Shown here: positions 34,496 to 38,586 of the stretch, in pieces
Layout: every line of letters begins with the position of its first letter
Position numbering within the stretch: position 1 is the stretch's first letter
Source: Vibrionaceae bacterium
Lineage (GTDB): Bacteria; Pseudomonadota; Gammaproteobacteria; Enterobacterales; Vibrionaceae
Direction: 5' to 3'
DNA: 38,586 nucleotides
NCBI GenBank assembly: GCA_051654185.1
Contig: JBOFXO010000191.1
Coordinates: 1 to 38,586, forward strand
Program-made: the position numbers and the translations under genes
The notes under the pieces: generated by a model
The model's input: only the letters and a program-made list of their open reading frames with translations
What the model was told of the DNA's origin: nothing
Database searches by the model: none

Positions 34496-34727
34496 TTATT
34501 TTTACGGCCATTATGGTATGAAAAACGCCATTATAACTGTGTTATCAGCCACTGCACTGCAGCAGCGCCGCAAACAATCCTCTGCAGCAAAAAAAGGGCA
34601 AATAAGTTTATCGCTGATCACACTTGTAATATTACGCATCTAGATGAACAATAAGCTCACTTGATCGTCGGCAACACGCGTTTTGCAGCCATTGCGTGCA
34701 AAATTGCCTGATAAGGAAGACAACAAA

Positions 34728-35108
34728 TTGAGATTTTTACCTTTTTTTTCTCTGCTGTGCATGAACATCACCTTTGCGCACGCCGCTGCGACTCAATGCT
34801 ATGACCGCGATACGCAATTTGAAATGAACGACTGCGCGCTACAGCAATTTGAACAGGCCGAAAAAAAGCTGACCATTACCTATAGAAAAGTGCTAGCACA
34901 GCTCGAAGAGCCACGCGCGAGCAAGTTTAAGCAAGCGCAAGCCACTTGGCAAAGTCACCGTAAAGCAGAGTGCCTGTACCAAGCCAGTGCTTACCAAGGC
35001 GGCTCTATTTATCCGCTGATCTACGCAACCTGCCTTGAGCAGATGACCTTACAACGCTACCGCGCATTAGCGCCTAAAAAGACAGCACAAAAACAAACGC
35101 CTAATTAA
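34728..35108 (+). CDS. Lysozyme inhibitor LprI-family (DUF1311) secreted protein
   Basis: TTG at 34728 after AAGGA, signal peptide ending AHA, four-Cys pattern C....TQ.EMN.CA...AQ..W...R.AEC....GGSI.PL....CL...T..R. Confidence 0.82.
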   Translation: MRFLPFFSLLCMNITFAHAAATQCYDRDTQFEMNDCALQQFEQAEKKLTITYRKVLAQLEEPRASKFKQAQATWQSHRKAECLYQASAYQGGSIYPLIYATCLEQMTLQRYRALAPKKTAQKQTPN

Positions 35109-35135
35109 AAAGGCAGCGTTTTAGCGCTACCTTTT
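35107..35135. terminator. Probable terminator between the convergent LprI and TIGR03503 genes
   Basis: On the minus strand, AAAAGGTAGCG-loop-CGCTGCCTTTTT with one G-U pair. Confidence 0.6.
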
Positions 35136-35187
35136 GACTTTTTTCTGTGCCAGCAAAAATTGCTAGCTCACGGCTGTAACGCAGCTT

Positions 35188-36417
35188 TCACGGTTGGCGC
35201 CGCTTTTTAATTTGGACATAAATAGCAAAACAGATCCCAACAAGCAGCAGCATACCCACATTGCCGGCAATTAGTGTCGTCAGTGCTTTCTTTTGATTTG
35301 CCTCATGCAGTTTTTGCTCTTGCTCGTACTGCTCCATTTTAGCGCGTTGTGCTTCGCGCTCATTACGGATCTGCAGCGCTCTTTCTTGCGCGGCAAAATC
35401 AACCACTGTGAAATTAGTCTTAGCCAACTCAAACATCAGCGGACGGTTTGTACTGATCTGATTGGTATAAAGTTTGCCTTGCCAGCTGTGCTGACCGGGT
35501 TTAGCAAGATCATCTATTTCAAAAACTAATTTTCGCTGCCCTGCCAGCGTTGTGCCCTCATAAATCGTTTTTGCACCATCAGGAGCAGTCATTTCAATAT
35601 GCGCAAGCAGCGGCACATGCTCGGCGTCATCAAGACGCGACTCAATAATGAGCTTGTGCAATTTACCTTTTTCACGTGCCTGCTCAAATTTTATCGCGTA
35701 TGGCGTTGGGTAGACCAAAACATCTTGCTGTAACGAGCGAAAAAAAATGCCATTTCCAGAGCTAATGTGGGCTAAATATTTGCCAGGCGCAATATCAACT
35801 TGCAGGGCAACGGTAAAAATGCCATCACCACCGACTTCATCAAGCTGACTGCCATCATCAACAAATTGCCCTAAAGTCCAAGCAAGGGGCAATGCGCCAT
35901 CTGCGCGACTTTTATTTGGCTTTGCCAGCTCGCTAAAACTCACTTCTAGTGCCACCTTATCCAAAAAATCACGCTCGACCAGCGGCTTTTGTTTTTGCAA
36001 CAAACGGGCACTAAATTTTATCACTTCCCCTTGGTAGAGCAGCTTTGGAAAAGCGTCTACCCGCATGGTGAGATCCGATAAAATTCGGATACTGTTTTCT
36101 GGAGAAATGCTGCCTATCGCCTGCCAAGGGCCGGGCATAGGATCGCGTACCGTGACAATATCAACCGCCGCATCGCTATACCAGCTCACGTTATCGGTAG
36201 GCGCTGCGGCAAAAATTTTTGTACCATCCGGCTGAATAAGCACCACCGGCTGGCTGTTTTTTTTACGATGAATAACGAATGCGACTTGCGAGACAGAATG
36301 GTCGATGCGAAAGCGATTCTCTAACAGCGGGATCACCTGCTCCTGCGCATAACTTTTCGATTGATAAAACAATAAAAACAGTATTGAAATGAGTAAAAAA
36401 CTCAAAAAAACCTTCAC
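35188..36417 (-). CDS. TIGR03503-family protein
   Basis: LLENRFRID, PVVLIQPDG.K, PMPGPWQAIG, F.DDG..LDE..GDGIFT and a C-terminal TM helix. Probable GTG start overlaps the dnaQ stop (GTGA). Confidence 0.85.
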   Translation of the reverse strand: MKVFLSFLLISILFLLFYQSKSYAQEQVIPLLENRFRIDHSVSQVAFVIHRKKNSQPVVLIQPDGTKIFAAAPTDNVSWYSDAAVDIVTVRDPMPGPWQAIGSISPENSIRILSDLTMRVDAFPKLLYQGEVIKFSARLLQKQKPLVERDFLDKVALEVSFSELAKPNKSRADGALPLAWTLGQFVDDGSQLDEVGGDGIFTVALQVDIAPGKYLAHISSGNGIFFRSLQQDVLVYPTPYAIKFEQAREKGKLHKLIIESRLDDAEHVPLLAHIEMTAPDGAKTIYEGTTLAGQRKLVFEIDDLAKPGQHSWQGKLYTNQISTNRPLMFELAKTNFTVVDFAAQERALQIRNEREAQRAKMEQYEQEQKLHEANQKKALTTLIAGNVGMLLLVGICFAIYVQIKKRRQP

Positions 36418-37151
36418 TCTTTTTGCGTTCGCCATAAACAGTGACCACCTTTTGCTAGTTTTTCCAACCACGCTTCATGCGCATGCTGCTCTGCTTGCGT
36501 TGCTTCAACTATCTTCAACTTTTGTGCGATTTGCCCATACTGCTGTGCTTTTTGTGTAAATTGCTGCTCATTTTGCGGTGAACTACTTAATTGTAAGGAC
36601 GTCTGCCCGCCCGTCATCATCAAATAGACATCCGCTAAGATCTGCGCATCAAGCAAAGCGCCGTGCAAGGTTCGGTGTGAATTATCAATGCCGTAACGCT
36701 CGCACAACAGATCCAAATTATTGCGTTTACCCGGAAAGAGCTTTTTTGCCAGCACTAAGGTATCTGTGATCTGACAAAACTGTTCAAGCTTAGCAAAACT
36801 TGGATCAAACAGCGTAAATTCTTGATTAATAAATCCAATATCAAAGGGAGCATTGTGCGCGACTAAATGCGCGCCATTAATAAAATCAAAAAATTGCTGA
36901 TGAATTTGCGCATAAGTCGGCTTGTCAGACAAAAATTCATCGCTTAGACCGTGCACTTTAAATGCCTGCGGGTCGACGCTGCGATCAGGCTTTAGGTAAA
37001 CGTGAAATTGCCGATCGGTCAATTTACGATTGATGATCTCCACCGCGCCAATCTCGATCACACGGTGCCCTTCGTGCGGCACCCCGCTAAAATTCATGCC
37101 CGTGGTCTCAGTATCAAAGACGACTACGCGTTCACTATTCGCTTTTTCCAT
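36414..37151 (-). CDS. dnaQ: DNA polymerase III epsilon subunit
   Basis: [36 protein letters not shown] (clamp motif), and the C-terminal H...L......CLW alpha-binding segment. Confidence 0.98.
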   Translation of the reverse strand: MEKANSERVVVFDTETTGMNFSGVPHEGHRVIEIGAVEIINRKLTDRQFHVYLKPDRSVDPQAFKVHGLSDEFLSDKPTYAQIHQQFFDFINGAHLVAHNAPFDIGFINQEFTLFDPSFAKLEQFCQITDTLVLAKKLFPGKRNNLDLLCERYGIDNSHRTLHGALLDAQILADVYLMMTGGQTSLQLSSSPQNEQQFTQKAQQYGQIAQKLKIVEATQAEQHAHEAWLEKLAKGGHCLWRTQKE

Positions 37152-37198
37152 TGTTTTTATGCCAAACTAATCAAAATAATGGGTTGATAGTAACAAAT

Positions 37199-37672
37199 AT
37201 GCAAAAACAAGTAGATATTTTCACGGACGGTTCTTGTCTTGGAAACCCAGGACCTGGCGGCTATGGTGCATTGATCCGCTATAAACAGCATGAAAAAGAG
37301 CTCAGCGAAGGTTTTTTGCTCACAACCAATAATCGCATGGAGCTTTTAGCGACCATTGAGGCGCTCGCATGCTTAAAAGAGCCATGCCACATTCGGCTTA
37401 CCACCGACAGCCAATATGTGCGCCAAGGGATCACAAGTTGGATTGCTAATTGGCAAAAACGAGGCTGGAAAACATCAGCCAACAAGCCGGTAAAAAATGT
37501 TGATCTTTGGCAACGCCTAGCAAAAGAGAGTGCGCGCCATCAGATCAGCTGGCACTGGGTAAAAGGTCACAGCGGGCATGCAGAAAATGAGCGTTGCGAT
37601 GAACTAGCAAGGCAAGCTGCGCTTTCTCCCGCTCACACCGATCACGGCTATTTAGCGCAAACAGAGCAATAA
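37199..37672 (+). CDS. rnhA: Ribonuclease HI
   Basis: [42 protein letters not shown]. Start reset to 37199. Confidence 0.98.
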   Translation: MQKQVDIFTDGSCLGNPGPGGYGALIRYKQHEKELSEGFLLTTNNRMELLATIEALACLKEPCHIRLTTDSQYVRQGITSWIANWQKRGWKTSANKPVKNVDLWQRLAKESARHQISWHWVKGHSGHAENERCDELARQAALSPAHTDHGYLAQTEQ

Positions 37673-37714
37673 CAAGGCGCTAGTACCTTTTCAATTTAAT
37701 TCTGATCGATTGAG

Positions 37715-37975
37715 TTACCAGTGAATTGGTAGCTCATGGACAGGAATTAAGACTGTGATCCCTCTGCTTTGATTTGCAGTTTTTTCCAATAATCCTTTGT
37801 TTTCCAGTGACACTAACATTTGATGCACCGTGGGCGCTGTGACGTTAAAGTAGCGCTGAATATCAGCCTGTGCCGGTGGTCTGCCATTTACCTTAGTGTA
37901 ATAAAAGATAAAAGCCAGGTATTGACCTTGTTTCTGGGTAAATTTGTCGGTTGGAAGAGTGGAAGGGATCGACAT
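37715..37975 (-). CDS. Small winged-helix DNA-binding protein resembling the LexA N-terminal domain
   Basis: 86 aa: FTQKQGQYLAFI..Y...NGRPPAQADI.RYF.V...TVHQML..LE.KGLL......SRGI parallels LexA LT.RQ..V...I......G.PPT.AEIA...G......HLKALARKG.I......SRGI. No peptidase domain. Confidence 0.85.
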   Translation of the reverse strand: MSIPSTLPTDKFTQKQGQYLAFIFYYTKVNGRPPAQADIQRYFNVTAPTVHQMLVSLENKGLLEKTANQSRGITVLIPVHELPIHW

Positions 37976-38026
37976 TTAAGCTGCCTTATGATCAATTATT
38001 GTTTTTGACACTGAGGCAATCATGAC

Positions 38027-38586
38027 ATGAATTATTTATACCGAGTAGAACTGACCCCAGATGAGCGCGACCAACTAACACAAATGCTCAGTAAAGGTCA
38101 GCATAGCGCCCGTAAACTCAAACGAGCTAATCTGCTGTTACTGGCGGATGGTCACCTTCACTCTGATACAGAAATAAGTACTTTACTGCATGTCAGCACC
38201 TCCACCATTTATCGCACTAAGCGCCGGTTTGTTGAATATGGGCTGGAGTTTGCCTTAGCGGAAGGATACCGACCTGGCCAGCCTAAAATGCTGGATGCCA
38301 AAGAAGATGCCATGCTGGTCACCATTGCCTGTACCACTCCACCGCAAGGGCGAAGTCGCTGGACGTTATCGCTGCTTGCCAATCAATTTTTAGCGTTGAC
38401 AGATGTAGACAGCATCTCTCTTGAGACGGTGCGTCAGCGCCTGAAAAAGAATGAACTCAAGCCCTGGCAGCAAAAAATGTGGTGCATAGGCACCATGGAC
38501 GCAGACTACATCGCCCAGATGGAACATGTGCTTGATATTTATGCTGAAGAAGCAGATGAGAACTACCCTGTTGTGAATTTCGATGA
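38027..38586 (+). CDS. IS630-family transposase, N-terminal part (runs off the window)
   Basis: Manually translated: MNYLYRVELTPDERDQL...ARKLKRANLLLLAD...STIYRTKRRFVEYGL...IACTTPPQGRSRWTLSLLA...SLETVRQRLKKNELKPWQQKMWCI...MEHVLDIY...PVVNFD, ending at the first catalytic Asp. No stop codons. Confidence 0.95.
   Translation, partial: MNYLYRVELTPDERDQLTQMLSKGQHSARKLKRANLLLLADGHLHSDTEISTLLHVSTSTIYRTKRRFVEYGLEFALAEGYRPGQPKMLDAKEDAMLVTIACTTPPQGRSRWTLSLLANQFLALTDVDSISLETVRQRLKKNELKPWQQKMWCIGTMDADYIAQMEHVLDIYAEEADENYPVVNFD

Larger units (their letters stand above)
37681..38586 (+). mobile_element. IS630-family insertion sequence (left part), with a passenger HTH gene
   Basis: The transposase lies at 38027 onward. 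The candidate left end is the TA in CTAG at 37680-37683, followed by GTACCTTTTCAATTTAATTCTGAT, 8 bp after the rnhA stop; IS630 elements target TA. The right end is outside the window, so the boundary is inferred. Confidence 0.75.

Noticed and set aside
37152-37198. Very short divergent dnaQ/rnhA spacer
   Set aside because: A known arrangement with overlapping promoters, as in E. coli; not novel.
38441-38452. Programmed -1 frameshift at CTGAAAAAGAAT in the IS630 transposase
   Set aside because: Many IS630 members shift here, but this sequence continues in frame (LKKNELKPW) into the catalytic domain, so no shift is required.

Overview
This is a mostly housekeeping chromosomal segment from a Vibrionaceae-like gammaproteobacterium, inferred from the Vibrio-like NqrA-F, NqrM, TIGR03503-type and DUF2066-type proteins. 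Gene order: truncated putative T1SS adhesin-like gene containing a 9-bp in-frame tandem repeat, OM beta-barrel, pth-ychF, fldA, ygiF, a gene-free 750-bp spacer with a DnaA-box pair, abgT-family, pepD, dinB, yciA, nqrM, apbE, yibL, DUF2750, nqrFEDCBA, yajG, ampG, DUF4156 lipoprotein, an orphan ORF, htpX, pyrG-eno, perM, bepA, DUF2066, upp, gmhA, DMT, LprI, TIGR03503, dnaQ, rnhA, and the left part of an IS630-family element carrying a small LexA-like winged-helix gene. Two real genes are absent from the ORF track because they run off the window edges (1..658 minus, 38027..38586 plus). Both edges fall in repetitive DNA, so the window is probably a whole contig. The most interesting signals are: (i) the retention-module protein with a (VES)n repeat; (ii) a DARS-like head-to-head DnaA-box pair isolated between convergent terminators; (iii) the IS630 element with its own divergent HTH gene and a shared inverted repeat covering both RBSs; (iv) repeated local gene loss and shuffling relative to the typical Vibrio order, hinting at a streamlined or host-associated genome. 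All family calls come from motif recognition by eye; no database search was run.
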